From an uncultured bacterium (GTDB lineage: Bacteria > Fidelibacterota > Marinisomatia > Marinisomatales > UBA1611), in contig CBFIBM010000017.1 of NCBI GenBank assembly GCA_965660855.1, positions 1-29,709 on the forward strand: DNA of 29,709 bases, read 5' to 3'. This document shows, one piece after another, positions 17,883-26,643 of this stretch; position 1 is the stretch's first letter; each line of letters opens with the position of its first letter. A program made the position numbers and the translations under genes. Under the pieces are notes generated by a model. That model was not told the DNA's origin. It saw only the letters and a program-made list of their open reading frames with translations, and did no database searches.

Positions 17883-18964
17883 AAAATTTTGTTCAGATAA
17901 CTTATAAGTCTTTGGTTTTCTTCCTCTAGTCCTATTGAGATTCTAATATATTCTGGCCATCCGAAAGAGGAAAGGTTCCTTACAATGATACCATAATTTA
18001 ATAATTTATCAGTTATTAAATTTGCTTCTTCTTGAGATTTCCAAATGGTAGTTAAAAAGTTAGTAGATGAGGGTATATATTTTAGATTCAATTTTTGAAA
18101 TTCATCTATTAAATATTCGTATCCTTTTGTGTTAAGAGTAATACTTTTGGAAATAAAATCTGAATCTTCCAGTGCGGCTACAGCTGCACTTTGAGCTAAG
18201 GAGCTAGGCTCAAATGGAACTTTTACTTTCATTAAGTTTGTAATTAAATCTGAGTGAGCAAATCCATATCCTACTCTTGCACCACCTAGACCATAGGCTT
18301 TTGAAAAGCTTCTTAAAGTGATAACATTATCATATCGATAGTTCATTGAATCTGGATAATCAGCGGAGTTTTTAGCATATTCAAAATAAGCTTCATCTAA
18401 AATAATTAGTACTCTCTCAGGGACATGTTTGTAAAAATTATCAAATTCTTTTTTTGTAATATACGTACCCATTGGATTATCTGGATTCGCAATATATACT
18501 ATTTTAGTATAGTCATTTATATAGTTTGCAATGTTATCAAGATTATATTTATGATCTTTCATTGGCACCCAATGTACTTTTCTTCCAGAAGCATTGGCAA
18601 GGACCTTAAAACCAATAAATGAATTACTGGCACTAACAATTTCATCATCATTTAATAAAAAAGTCCTCATAATAGTTGACATTATTCCTTCGGATCCAGC
18701 ACCAAGAACTACATTAGAGATTTCAAGTTTAAATTTTTCTGCCAGTTTTTTCCTTAACTCATACCCAGTTGAATCTGGATATCGATGTAGAGTTTTGAGA
18801 GCATTTGTTACGGCTTTTTTTGCTTTCGGAGAGGGTCCTAAAGGATTTTCATTAGAAGCTAATTTTATAATATTTTTTAAACCAAGATCTCGTTTTACTT
18901 CTTCTATAGGTTTTCCAGGCTTATAGCTTTTTAATTTTTTTATATATGAAGGTACTAATACCAT
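17879..18964 (-). CDS. hisC: Histidinol-phosphate / aromatic amino acid aminotransferase (PLP, class I/II)
   Basis: Motifs YKPGKP, KLASNENPLG, RYPD, NPDNPMG, DEAYFEY, RSFSKAYGL, RISIG. ATGA overlap with hppD. Confidence 0.88.
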   Translation of the reverse strand: MVLVPSYIKKLKSYKPGKPIEEVKRDLGLKNIIKLASNENPLGPSPKAKKAVTNALKTLHRYPDSTGYELRKKLAEKFKLEISNVVLGAGSEGIMSTIMRTFLLNDDEIVSASNSFIGFKVLANASGRKVHWVPMKDHKYNLDNIANYINDYTKIVYIANPDNPMGTYITKKEFDNFYKHVPERVLIILDEAYFEYAKNSADYPDSMNYRYDNVITLRSFSKAYGLGGARVGYGFAHSDLITNLMKVKVPFEPSSLAQSAAVAALEDSDFISKSITLNTKGYEYLIDEFQKLNLKYIPSSTNFLTTIWKSQEEANLITDKLLNYGIIVRNLSSFGWPEYIRISIGLEEENQRLISYLNKIL

Positions 18965-19029
18965 AAGATTATTTAAATTTACACAAAAAATGTACTTAGT
19001 GATGAATTCAAAATGTTTTAAGCTTTTAT

Positions 19030-19746
19030 ATGAAATTTAAGTTTTCATTAATTAAAGCTAAATTTATAGAAAGACCTAATCGGTTTATTACAATTATTGA
19101 AATTAATGGTTTTCAGCATAAAAGTCATTTGGCTGATCCAGGTAGGTTGAAAGAGCTTCTCATTCCAGGAGTTGATTTATTAGTTCGAAAATTTAAAAAA
19201 TCGAAAAATCGAAAAACAAAATTTTCAACCATAATGGTCAATCATAATGGGCAATTAATCTCCTTGGTCTCTACATTACCTAATAACTTTGTCAAAAGAA
19301 AACTGGCGAGGAAAAAAATCCCATTCTTAAAAAATTATAAGTTAGTAAGACCTGAAATTCCATTAGGAAAACACCGGTTTGATTTTCTATTGAAAGATGA
19401 GCATGGGGAAGATTTTATACTTGAAGTAAAATCTGTTACCCTGGTTAAAAATAAAATAGCTATGTTTCCAGACGCGGTTACTCTAAGAGGTGAAAATCAT
19501 GTTAAATTATTGACTCAATTAGCCATTGAAAATAAAAAAGCAGGCATTTTATTTGTCTGTCAGAGACCCGATGCCGTATCCTTTCAGCCTATGTGGAATC
19601 GAGATCCTAAATTCTGTCATGCTTTACAAAATGCATATAACTTAGGAGTGAAAATTTGGTGTATTACTTTAAATATTACAGAAAATGAGATTACGTATCA
19701 TAATCAGATACCCACTCAACTTAACAAACATAATTTCAATGATTGA
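19030..19746 (+). CDS. sfsA: SfsA family DNA/RNA nuclease-like protein
   Basis: Motifs RPNRF, HLADPGRLKELL, RFDFLL, EVKSVTL, FPDAVTLRG. Confidence 0.92.
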   Translation: MKFKFSLIKAKFIERPNRFITIIEINGFQHKSHLADPGRLKELLIPGVDLLVRKFKKSKNRKTKFSTIMVNHNGQLISLVSTLPNNFVKRKLARKKIPFLKNYKLVRPEIPLGKHRFDFLLKDEHGEDFILEVKSVTLVKNKIAMFPDAVTLRGENHVKLLTQLAIENKKAGILFVCQRPDAVSFQPMWNRDPKFCHALQNAYNLGVKIWCITLNITENEITYHNQIPTQLNKHNFND

Positions 19747-21379
19747 TAAGGCTCTGTTAACATTTACTATATTCTTTTTTCTATCATGTGCTGCTATTCA
19801 AAGCCCATCAGGAGGAGATAAAGATATTATTCCTCCCTTTATTATTTCAACAGTGCCCGAGAATGGGCAAATCAATTTTTCAGATCAAAAAGTCACCCTA
19901 ATTTTTTCTGAATATCTAAATTCTAATTCAATAAAAAATTCAATAAAGGTTACTCCAAAAATAATACCTGAGCCAACTTTAATATTTAAAGGTAAAAAAG
20001 TAATTATGAATCTTAATGGTCCTCTAGAAAAGGATCAAACGTATATAATTTCAATAAATAAAAACCTAGAAGATGAACATAACGTACGTTTAAAAGAAAG
20101 TAAACAAGTTGCATTCTCAACAGGTTCATACATTGATGATGGTTCTATATCAGGGAAGGTTTATTCTTCGGATGAAGGTTCTGTTAATTTATGGAGGTTA
20201 ACCGCAGACAAAAATATTGATAATTTTTTTACCACGGTTCCTGACTATACTTATGATATATCTAATAGTGGTGTTTATGAATTTAAGTACTTATCTCAGG
20301 GTGATTATATAGTAAGTCTTGTTAATAATGCATTTGCAGGAAGAGTTCTTGATCCAAAGAATACACAATACTCTTTAAGTTGGTATCCAAAAATTAATAT
20401 TGGAAAAGAAATTAGTTATAAAAATGTAAATATTTATATGGGAGTAAAGAATAAAACTATAAAAATAGATGAAATCAATTGGCTTAATGGAGGTTGGGGT
20501 AATATAAAGTTCTCTAATAATATTTATAATATGATTCCCCTTAGATTTTATAATGAATCAGATAAAAGTTTAAAAAATGATATTTTTATTGATCCTGTTG
20601 ATAAAAAAATATTACATTTTTTTATTCACGATATATCAGATACATTCACATTAGTTCGTTGTGATGGTTTCTATGATTCTTACGGTTATTATATAGACTC
20701 ATTTAAAGTAAAAATAAAAGCTGAAGCCTCTACAGATACATCTAATATTCAAATTATCTCACCTAAAGAAAATTATATTTTACCAATTGATAATGAAAGT
20801 CAAATTAAGCTTCAGGTTATATTTTCGTCTTTGGTAGACACAATTAAAAGTGCTAATTTTTTAACCTTGTACGAAGATTCAGTAGAAATTCCATATAAAG
20901 TATATTGGGAGTCACCATTATCAATGAATATATCTTTACAAAAAAATTGGAAAGAAAAAACAAATTATAAATTAAAATTTAATCAAAAATCAATACTACC
21001 CAAATACTCTAGAAGTTTAATTGATTCTATAAAAATAATTAACTTTAAAACATCATCTTATCAGAAGTATGGTATTTTAAATTTTTTTCCCATTAATACT
21101 TCAGATGAGAAATTTATTGCTGAATTACAACCATTGGAAAATAATTTAAAAACACACAATATTTATATAGATTCAGATGAGCATTTAAAAATAAATAAAA
21201 TAATTGAAGGTGAATATTCTTTAATGATCTATAATGATAAAGATGAAAATAATCGTTACTCTAATGGCGAGATCTCACCATTTAAACCTTCTGAGTGGTT
21301 TTATTTATACCCAGATACTATAAAAATAAGGTCCAACTGGGAACTAGACTTAGGTAAAATTGATTTGAGAATAAATTAA
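19739..21379 (+). CDS. Ig-like (Big_5-type) domain-containing lipoprotein
   Basis: Likely start ATG 19739 (MIDKALLTFTIFFFLSC, a lipobox), followed by CAAIQSPSGGDKDIIPP. C-terminal DKDENNRYSNG...PSE motif. The track start at 19685 overlaps sfsA more deeply. Confidence 0.8.
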   Translation: MIDKALLTFTIFFFLSCAAIQSPSGGDKDIIPPFIISTVPENGQINFSDQKVTLIFSEYLNSNSIKNSIKVTPKIIPEPTLIFKGKKVIMNLNGPLEKDQTYIISINKNLEDEHNVRLKESKQVAFSTGSYIDDGSISGKVYSSDEGSVNLWRLTADKNIDNFFTTVPDYTYDISNSGVYEFKYLSQGDYIVSLVNNAFAGRVLDPKNTQYSLSWYPKINIGKEISYKNVNIYMGVKNKTIKIDEINWLNGGWGNIKFSNNIYNMIPLRFYNESDKSLKNDIFIDPVDKKILHFFIHDISDTFTLVRCDGFYDSYGYYIDSFKVKIKAEASTDTSNIQIISPKENYILPIDNESQIKLQVIFSSLVDTIKSANFLTLYEDSVEIPYKVYWESPLSMNISLQKNWKEKTNYKLKFNQKSILPKYSRSLIDSIKIINFKTSSYQKYGILNFFPINTSDEKFIAELQPLENNLKTHNIYIDSDEHLKINKIIEGEYSLMIYNDKDENNRYSNGEISPFKPSEWFYLYPDTIKIRSNWELDLGKIDLRIN

Positions 21380-22437
21380 TGAATTGTGTCATTCTTGCTG
21401 GTGGGTCTGGCACCAGGTTCTGGCCACTCAGTAGACAGAAATACCCTAAGCAATTATTAAAAATTATAGGAGATACATCCATGCTCCAAATGACCGTGGA
21501 TAGGTTAAAGAAGCTTAAAAAAGTTTCTGGTATTTATATAATAACAAGAAAAGAAATTTATAAAACAATTAAAAATGAAATAGCTGGAGTACCCTTAGAA
21601 AATATTTTGGTAGAACCTATTGGTAAAAATACTGCACCTGCTATAGGTTTAGTGGCAACACACTTAGCATTGAAAGACCCCCAAAGCATAATGGGAGTAT
21701 TCCCTGCTGATCATTTAATTGTTGGGCATCATAAATTTGAAAAAGCAATTAATACAGCCGATCATTTAGCAAGGAAAGGTCAAAATTTAGTAACTATTGG
21801 TATAAAGCCGAGCTACGCATCAACAGCATATGGGTATATACAATATGATGAAAACAGTGAAGAAGACCATATAGATGCATATCACGTAAAAACTTTTGCG
21901 GAAAAACCACATAAAAAGCTTGCGGAGAGATTTGTAGAAAGTGGTGACTTTTTATGGAATGCTGGAATGTTTTTTTGGAGGACAAGTACGTTTTTAGATG
22001 CTATTGAAGAAAAGATGCCTGATTTAATGGATTCATTAAATGATATCTCTCAATTATTGAAAAAAAACATTCCTATTGATGAGGTTTGGAAAAGTATTAA
22101 GCCTGAATCTATCGATTATGGATTGTTAGAAAAGTCTGATAAAATTTTTGTTGTTAAGTCAGATATAAAATGGAATGATATCGGATCATGGAGAGCACTT
22201 TATGATGTTTTTACCCCAAATGAAAGTGGAAATGTTATCAGAGGGAAAGGATACATAATGGATGGGGAAAATAACTTAATACAATCTGAGAATAAGCACA
22301 CATCGATTTTAGGTGTTGATAATATAGTTGTTATAAATACTCCTGATGCGACTCTTGTTGTAAGTCGAGATAAGGTTGAAAACATAAAAAAACTTGTTGA
22401 TTATTTAATTGAAAATGGATTTCAAGATATTATCTAA
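21379..22437 (+). CDS. manC: Mannose-1-phosphate guanylyltransferase (no C-terminal PMI cupin domain)
   Basis: Motifs ILAGGSGTRFWPLSR, PKQL, EPIGKNTAPA, PADH, FAEKP, WNAGMF, SIDYG, WNDIGSW. Confidence 0.92.
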   Translation: MNCVILAGGSGTRFWPLSRQKYPKQLLKIIGDTSMLQMTVDRLKKLKKVSGIYIITRKEIYKTIKNEIAGVPLENILVEPIGKNTAPAIGLVATHLALKDPQSIMGVFPADHLIVGHHKFEKAINTADHLARKGQNLVTIGIKPSYASTAYGYIQYDENSEEDHIDAYHVKTFAEKPHKKLAERFVESGDFLWNAGMFFWRTSTFLDAIEEKMPDLMDSLNDISQLLKKNIPIDEVWKSIKPESIDYGLLEKSDKIFVVKSDIKWNDIGSWRALYDVFTPNESGNVIRGKGYIMDGENNLIQSENKHTSILGVDNIVVINTPDATLVVSRDKVENIKKLVDYLIENGFQDII

Positions 22438-22700
22438 TGAAAAAAAATAAATTATACGATGAATTTGAGATTTTAGCTGAAAAGCTTGGATTAAAGATCT
22501 TAAATGGAAGAGGTAGTTTTGATGGAGGTATTTGTGTTGTGAATAAAAAGAAAGTTATTGTTCTCAATAAAACAAAGCCAATTGAGCAGAGATTAAGAGT
22601 ATTAGCTAATATTTTTTTAGAGTTTAATTTAGAAAAAATTTATTTAGTACCTGCATTAAGAGCATATATAGAAGAATTTAGAACTTTAGAGCTAAATTAA
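22437..22700 (+). CDS. Small hypothetical protein (resembles a truncated ImmA/IrrE-like fold without HExxH)
   Basis: TAATG-coupled to manC. Sequence pattern LAEKLGLKI...GGICVV...VIVLNK...QRLRVLA. Confidence 0.7.
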   Translation: MKKNKLYDEFEILAEKLGLKILNGRGSFDGGICVVNKKKVIVLNKTKPIEQRLRVLANIFLEFNLEKIYLVPALRAYIEEFRTLELN

Positions 22701-22719
22701 TTATTAAGTTAAAATTCTC

Positions 22720-22748
22720 TTGTTTCTTACATAACAACAAAATAATAT
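22720..22748 (+). promoter_or_regulatory. Possible promoter for the HIT - SSS operon
   Basis: TTGTTT (22720-22725)-N17-TAATAT (22743-22748) in a 61-nt gap. AT-rich context, so weak evidence. Confidence 0.3.
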
Positions 22749-22761
22749 TGTATTAATAAAA

Positions 22762-23256
22762 ATGAATAATAAACTTTGGGCACCATGGAGGATGGATTAT
22801 GTTCAAACTCCAAAGAAAAAGGGTTGTGTTTTTTGCAATAAATCAAAGCCTGAAAATGAAAAAGAGGACCTTGTTTTGTACAGAGGTCAAGAAGCATATG
22901 TATTAATGAATTTATTTCCATATTCAAATTATCATATATTGATAGCTCCATATTTACATACTTCGAATTCAAATGAAATTTCATCTGATGGAAATAATGA
23001 AATTATGTGGTTAGTAAATCAAACAATGAATATCATAAAATCTTTAGCAAATGCAGATGGTTTTAATTTTGGTGCTAACTTTGGGAAAGCTGGTGGAGCT
23101 GGAATTGAAGAACATTTGCATTATCATGTTGTCCCAAGATGGAATGGAGATACTAACTTTATGCCAGTAGTTGGAAATACGAAAGTTATTGTACAAGGAT
23201 TGACGGATTCATGGAAAAAACTAAAACCTCATTTTGATAAGCTAGGTAAGACATAG
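22762..23256 (+). CDS. HIT family protein (Ap4A phosphorylase/hydrolase-like)
   Basis: Motifs LWAPWRM, GCVFC, MNLFPY, GFNFGANFGKAGGAG, HLHYHVVPRWNGDTNFM. Confidence 0.92.
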   Translation: MNNKLWAPWRMDYVQTPKKKGCVFCNKSKPENEKEDLVLYRGQEAYVLMNLFPYSNYHILIAPYLHTSNSNEISSDGNNEIMWLVNQTMNIIKSLANADGFNFGANFGKAGGAGIEEHLHYHVVPRWNGDTNFMPVVGNTKVIVQGLTDSWKKLKPHFDKLGKT

Positions 23257-23257
23257 T

Positions 23258-23560
23258 ATGATGGATTTCAATAGAATTTGGCTTCCTTTTTTGTATCTTT
23301 ATGGAGTGGGTGGTTTCATATTTTTGGTTGGTATGTATATCATTGGTAAATCACGTTCATTAAAAATTGAGAGGAAGCGACATAAAAAATGGTTCTACGT
23401 CCTTATTTTTGGATTCATATATTACGTAGGTATCCATAGCTTTTTTACATTTGCAGCTATTGATAATGTTAATATTTCATATAGTATTGCATTAGTTATA
23501 ATTATTTTATTAACAAGATTGTTATTTTATCTTTTTAAGCACTCTAAGAGATATATTTAG
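23258..23560 (+). CDS. Small membrane protein (about 3 TM segments), putative SSS accessory subunit
   Basis: Three hydrophobic segments. Its TAG stop overlaps the GTG start of the symporter. Confidence 0.75.
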   Translation: MMDFNRIWLPFLYLYGVGGFIFLVGMYIIGKSRSLKIERKRHKKWFYVLIFGFIYYVGIHSFFTFAAIDNVNISYSIALVIIILLTRLLFYLFKHSKRYI

Positions 23561-25407
23561 TGGATCCAACAATACAAACATCCCCTTATTTCTGGGCAAT
23601 AATTTTAGGTTATTTTACCTTAGTTTTAGGGTTTGGATCCTTTTTTGCAAGATATAATAAAACTACTCAGGATTTTTTCTTTAGTGGACGAAGATTCTCT
23701 TGGTGGTTAATCACTATGTCGATTGTTGCAACTGGAGTTGGTAGCCATAGCTTTTTAAAATATTCATCAAAAGCTTATGAACATGGTTTTTCCTCAACAA
23801 TGACATATATGAATGATTGGTTTTTTATGCCATTATTCTTATTTGGATGGCTTCCAATTGTATATTACACAAAAATAAGATCAATACCAGATTATTTTGA
23901 GAGACGATTCAATCCGGGTGTTCGGGTACTAGCAACCATTGCAATTTTAGGATATATGATTGGATATATTGCTATTGGGTTTCTTACCATGGGAAAAACG
24001 TTACAGCCTTTAATTGGTTTAGACCTCTATACTATAATATTTATAGTTGCAGTAGTTTCTGGAGTCTATATTACCTTTGGTGGGCAAACAGCAGTTATAT
24101 TTACAGATTTAGCTCAAGGTTTTATTCTAATTTTCTCTGGTATATTTATATTTATTCTTGGAGTTAATTATGTAGGAGGATTTTCAATTTTTTGGAATGC
24201 ACTTTCTCCAGAGTTTAAGTTACCACTCGCTGATTTTAATCAGCCCTCTAATTTTAACTTTGTTGGTATTTTTTGGCAAGATGGTGTCGCGGGTTCAGTA
24301 GGGTTTTTATTTATGAATCAAGGTCTTATAATGCGATTTATGGCCTGTAAGTCTGTTCATGAAGGTAGAAAAGCAGCAGCTTTTAACGTTTTGGTATTAT
24401 TACCTATCTCTACAGTTGTAGTTTCTAACGCTGGTTGGACTGGGAAAGCAATTAGTATTGTCACTCCTGAAGCTTGGAATGCTTCCACAAAATTAGATCA
24501 TGTTTTCACACAAGTAGCTTATCTTATCACCGGAAGTGAAGTTGTCTTTGCATTTGTTATTGCTGCTGTTGCTGCTGCTTTAATGTCTACAGTAGATACA
24601 TTAATCAATGCTGTTGCAGCTGTGGTGATAAACGATATATATAGACCTTTGGTAAAAGAAAAAGATGATAAGCATTATCTTCATGTTGCTATGATTGTAT
24701 CTGCCGGAGCTACAGCTGTCGGCGCTATTAGTACGGTATTTTTTAATAATTTTCCAACACTTTATGAAGCTCATGGTTTTTTTCATAGTACAATGACTCC
24801 ACCACTTGTAGTTGCAATTTTCTTAGGTATTTTTTGGAAACGGTATAATGCTCCAGCAGCAATAGCAACATTTCTAGGAGGTGCTGTATTAATGGTTGTT
24901 GGTAGTAAATATCCTCAAATATTTATTGCTCCATTTGATCATGGTATTGAGTTTAACCCAGATAGACCATACTCATACATTCGAGCACTTTATAATACTG
25001 TAGTTTGTGCCTTTTCGGGTGTAGTTGTTGGACTTTTAACAACAGAACCAAATACAGTAAAAACTAAAGGTTTAACTGTGTGGACATTAGATAGTGCAAG
25101 GGAAATATTCAAAGGCGGTACTCCAAATGATCGAGTTGGTGAAAGAGTAATTTTAGATTATAGCATAAAAGAAAGTTCACAAAACACAGTTGAATTTTCA
25201 ATTAATGATATGGAAGTTATGGCTGCAGATGTTGGAGATTTAGTTTATATCGCTGATCAGAGATGGTGGATGGGGGGTTTGAAATCTATCCATTCAGTAA
25301 TTGGGGAACCTCATAATGAAGATGGAAAAGTTTACTTATCAAATGAGCAAGTACAGAGTGGAATGTTTATCAAAGATTTAAAACTTTATGCAGAAAAAGA
25401 ATTGTAA
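23560..25407 (+). CDS. Sodium:solute symporter (SSS/SLC5) family protein with an extra soluble C-terminal domain
   Basis: Motifs DFFFSGR, YFERRF, GGQTAVIFTD, AAALMSTVD (Na2-site-like), LGIFWKR; multiple TM helices; about 100 aa hydrophilic tail. Confidence 0.93.
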   Translation: MDPTIQTSPYFWAIILGYFTLVLGFGSFFARYNKTTQDFFFSGRRFSWWLITMSIVATGVGSHSFLKYSSKAYEHGFSSTMTYMNDWFFMPLFLFGWLPIVYYTKIRSIPDYFERRFNPGVRVLATIAILGYMIGYIAIGFLTMGKTLQPLIGLDLYTIIFIVAVVSGVYITFGGQTAVIFTDLAQGFILIFSGIFIFILGVNYVGGFSIFWNALSPEFKLPLADFNQPSNFNFVGIFWQDGVAGSVGFLFMNQGLIMRFMACKSVHEGRKAAAFNVLVLLPISTVVVSNAGWTGKAISIVTPEAWNASTKLDHVFTQVAYLITGSEVVFAFVIAAVAAALMSTVDTLINAVAAVVINDIYRPLVKEKDDKHYLHVAMIVSAGATAVGAISTVFFNNFPTLYEAHGFFHSTMTPPLVVAIFLGIFWKRYNAPAAIATFLGGAVLMVVGSKYPQIFIAPFDHGIEFNPDRPYSYIRALYNTVVCAFSGVVVGLLTTEPNTVKTKGLTVWTLDSAREIFKGGTPNDRVGERVILDYSIKESSQNTVEFSINDMEVMAADVGDLVYIADQRWWMGGLKSIHSVIGEPHNEDGKVYLSNEQVQSGMFIKDLKLYAEKEL

Positions 25408-25408
25408 C

Positions 25409-25439
25409 TTTGAGTATCATTAAAATCATCCTATATTTG
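25409..25439 (+). promoter_or_regulatory. Putative tRNA promoter matching the Bacteroidota-type -33/-7 consensus
   Basis: TTTG (25409-25412)-N19-TATATTTG (25432-25439), 30 nt upstream of the tRNA. Confidence 0.5.
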
Positions 25440-25469
25440 CCAGCTTTTTTTAACTTATAAATATTTAAT

Positions 25470-25542
25470 TCCGGAGTAGCTCAGTTGGTAGAGCAGGTGA
25501 CTGTTAATCACTTTGTCGGGGGTTCGAGTCCCTCCTCCGGAG
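25470..25542 (+). tRNA. tRNA-Asn (GTT), CCA not encoded
   Basis: Acceptor stem TCCGGAG/CTCCGGA, D-arm GCTCAGTTGGTAGAGC, anticodon loop CT-GTT-AA (25503-25505), T-loop GGTTCGAGTCC, discriminator G. Confidence 0.97.
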
Positions 25543-25545
25543 CAG

Positions 25546-25574
25546 AAAGCCCCATAAAAACATGGGGCTTTTTT
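25546..25574. terminator. Rho-independent terminator, probably bidirectional
   Basis: AAAGCCCCAT-AAAAAC-ATGGGGCTTTTTT between the convergent tRNA-Asn and SGNH genes. Confidence 0.85.
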
Positions 25575-25603
25575 AGTATGTAACTTTTTATTGAATATTT
25601 TTT

Positions 25604-26611
25604 TCAAAGTAAATCAAAAGATTTTAAATTTTCGATTAAATGATTAGCATATCTCATAAAACCTAAATCATTAAAATGAACTCCATCAACTGTAGCCTCA
25701 TTATCATTACCAATAGCATTTGGTTGGTCAATTAGGAAGATATTTTCAACATTTCTTTTTTTTAGTTTATTATATTCTTTTTTAAGTTGATTGTTTTTAT
25801 TTAATTGTTTTTTGAAATAATTATCTTTATAAAATGGATTTTTGAATTCAGGTTCTGTAATTAAAACAATTGGTGACTTTTGTTTTTTTCGTAGTAATGA
25901 GATTAAGGGTATAAGTCTTTCTTCTAGCAATTTTTCATCAATATTCTGCATACATTCAATTATAAAAACTTTTGCATTGATTTTAGATATAATATTACCA
26001 ACATCTTTTTCTAGATGTCCATTTCCGCTAAATCCAAAATTCAAGCAATCTATATTTGTTTTTCTTGAAATAATATTTGTATGTGAAATACCTGTCCGAG
26101 AAGCACATCCACCTTGTGTGATACTTGTTCCATAAAAAACAATTGGTTTTTTTCTTCCTTGATTCGGAGTGGCTTCTAATGAACTACCTTTTTTTAAACC
26201 TATGTATATTTCCTCTATTCCATCATAAAGAGGTAGATAAATTTTAAATTCTTTTATGTTTTGTTTCATATTTTGGATTACCATTGAATGATTCTTTTTT
26301 CCTTCAGGTATTCCTGTACCAACATATTGCCATACATTATTCAATTTTGCATATAAATCAATTCCTTTTATACCTGAATTAGGCATATGATTCATCGTAA
26401 AATTCTTTTGTATTTCCCATTGTAATTCAATAAATGGAGAGTTTGTTGAAAAGTTTATACTTACTCCTGAATTATTTTTTGCTAGATCCCAGACTTCTCT
26501 GCGTACTTTATTTTTGTAAAGTAAAGGGAAACGATCGAAAGGATGTTCTCTTTTTAAATTTAAGAACCCTAAACCGTTAGGTCTGAATTTTGATAATGAA
26601 TGAATTTCCAT
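25604..26611 (-). CDS. SGNH/GDSL hydrolase with N-terminal GxDLY domain
   Basis: Motifs GIDLYAK, YLPLYD, VFYGTSITQG, NFGFSGNG, DGVHFND. Confidence 0.88.
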   Translation of the reverse strand: MEIHSLSKFRPNGLGFLNLKREHPFDRFPLLYKNKVRREVWDLAKNNSGVSINFSTNSPFIELQWEIQKNFTMNHMPNSGIKGIDLYAKLNNVWQYVGTGIPEGKKNHSMVIQNMKQNIKEFKIYLPLYDGIEEIYIGLKKGSSLEATPNQGRKKPIVFYGTSITQGGCASRTGISHTNIISRKTNIDCLNFGFSGNGHLEKDVGNIISKINAKVFIIECMQNIDEKLLEERLIPLISLLRKKQKSPIVLITEPEFKNPFYKDNYFKKQLNKNNQLKKEYNKLKKRNVENIFLIDQPNAIGNDNEATVDGVHFNDLGFMRYANHLIENLKSFDLL

Positions 26612-26643
26612 ATATAAATTAGTTTTAAAAATATTTACAGATT

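Noticed and set aside
19196..19222. Short tandem repeat (AAAAATCG x2) in sfsA; CRISPR-like arrays in general
   Set aside because: This is a trivial Lys/Arg-coding low-complexity stretch. No regularly spaced repeats or cas genes were seen anywhere in the window.
25470..25603. Prophage or integrative element at tRNA-Asn
   Set aside because: No integrase, transposase or duplicated tRNA 3' end was seen in the window, and the tRNA is followed directly by its terminator.
6476..26135. Short nested ORFs (6476, 8672, 9528, 12865, 14877, 14944, 18425, 18594, 21794, 22200, 22727, 24601, 25842)
   Set aside because: Wholly or mostly inside conserved genes in another frame or strand, with no motifs or convincing starts.
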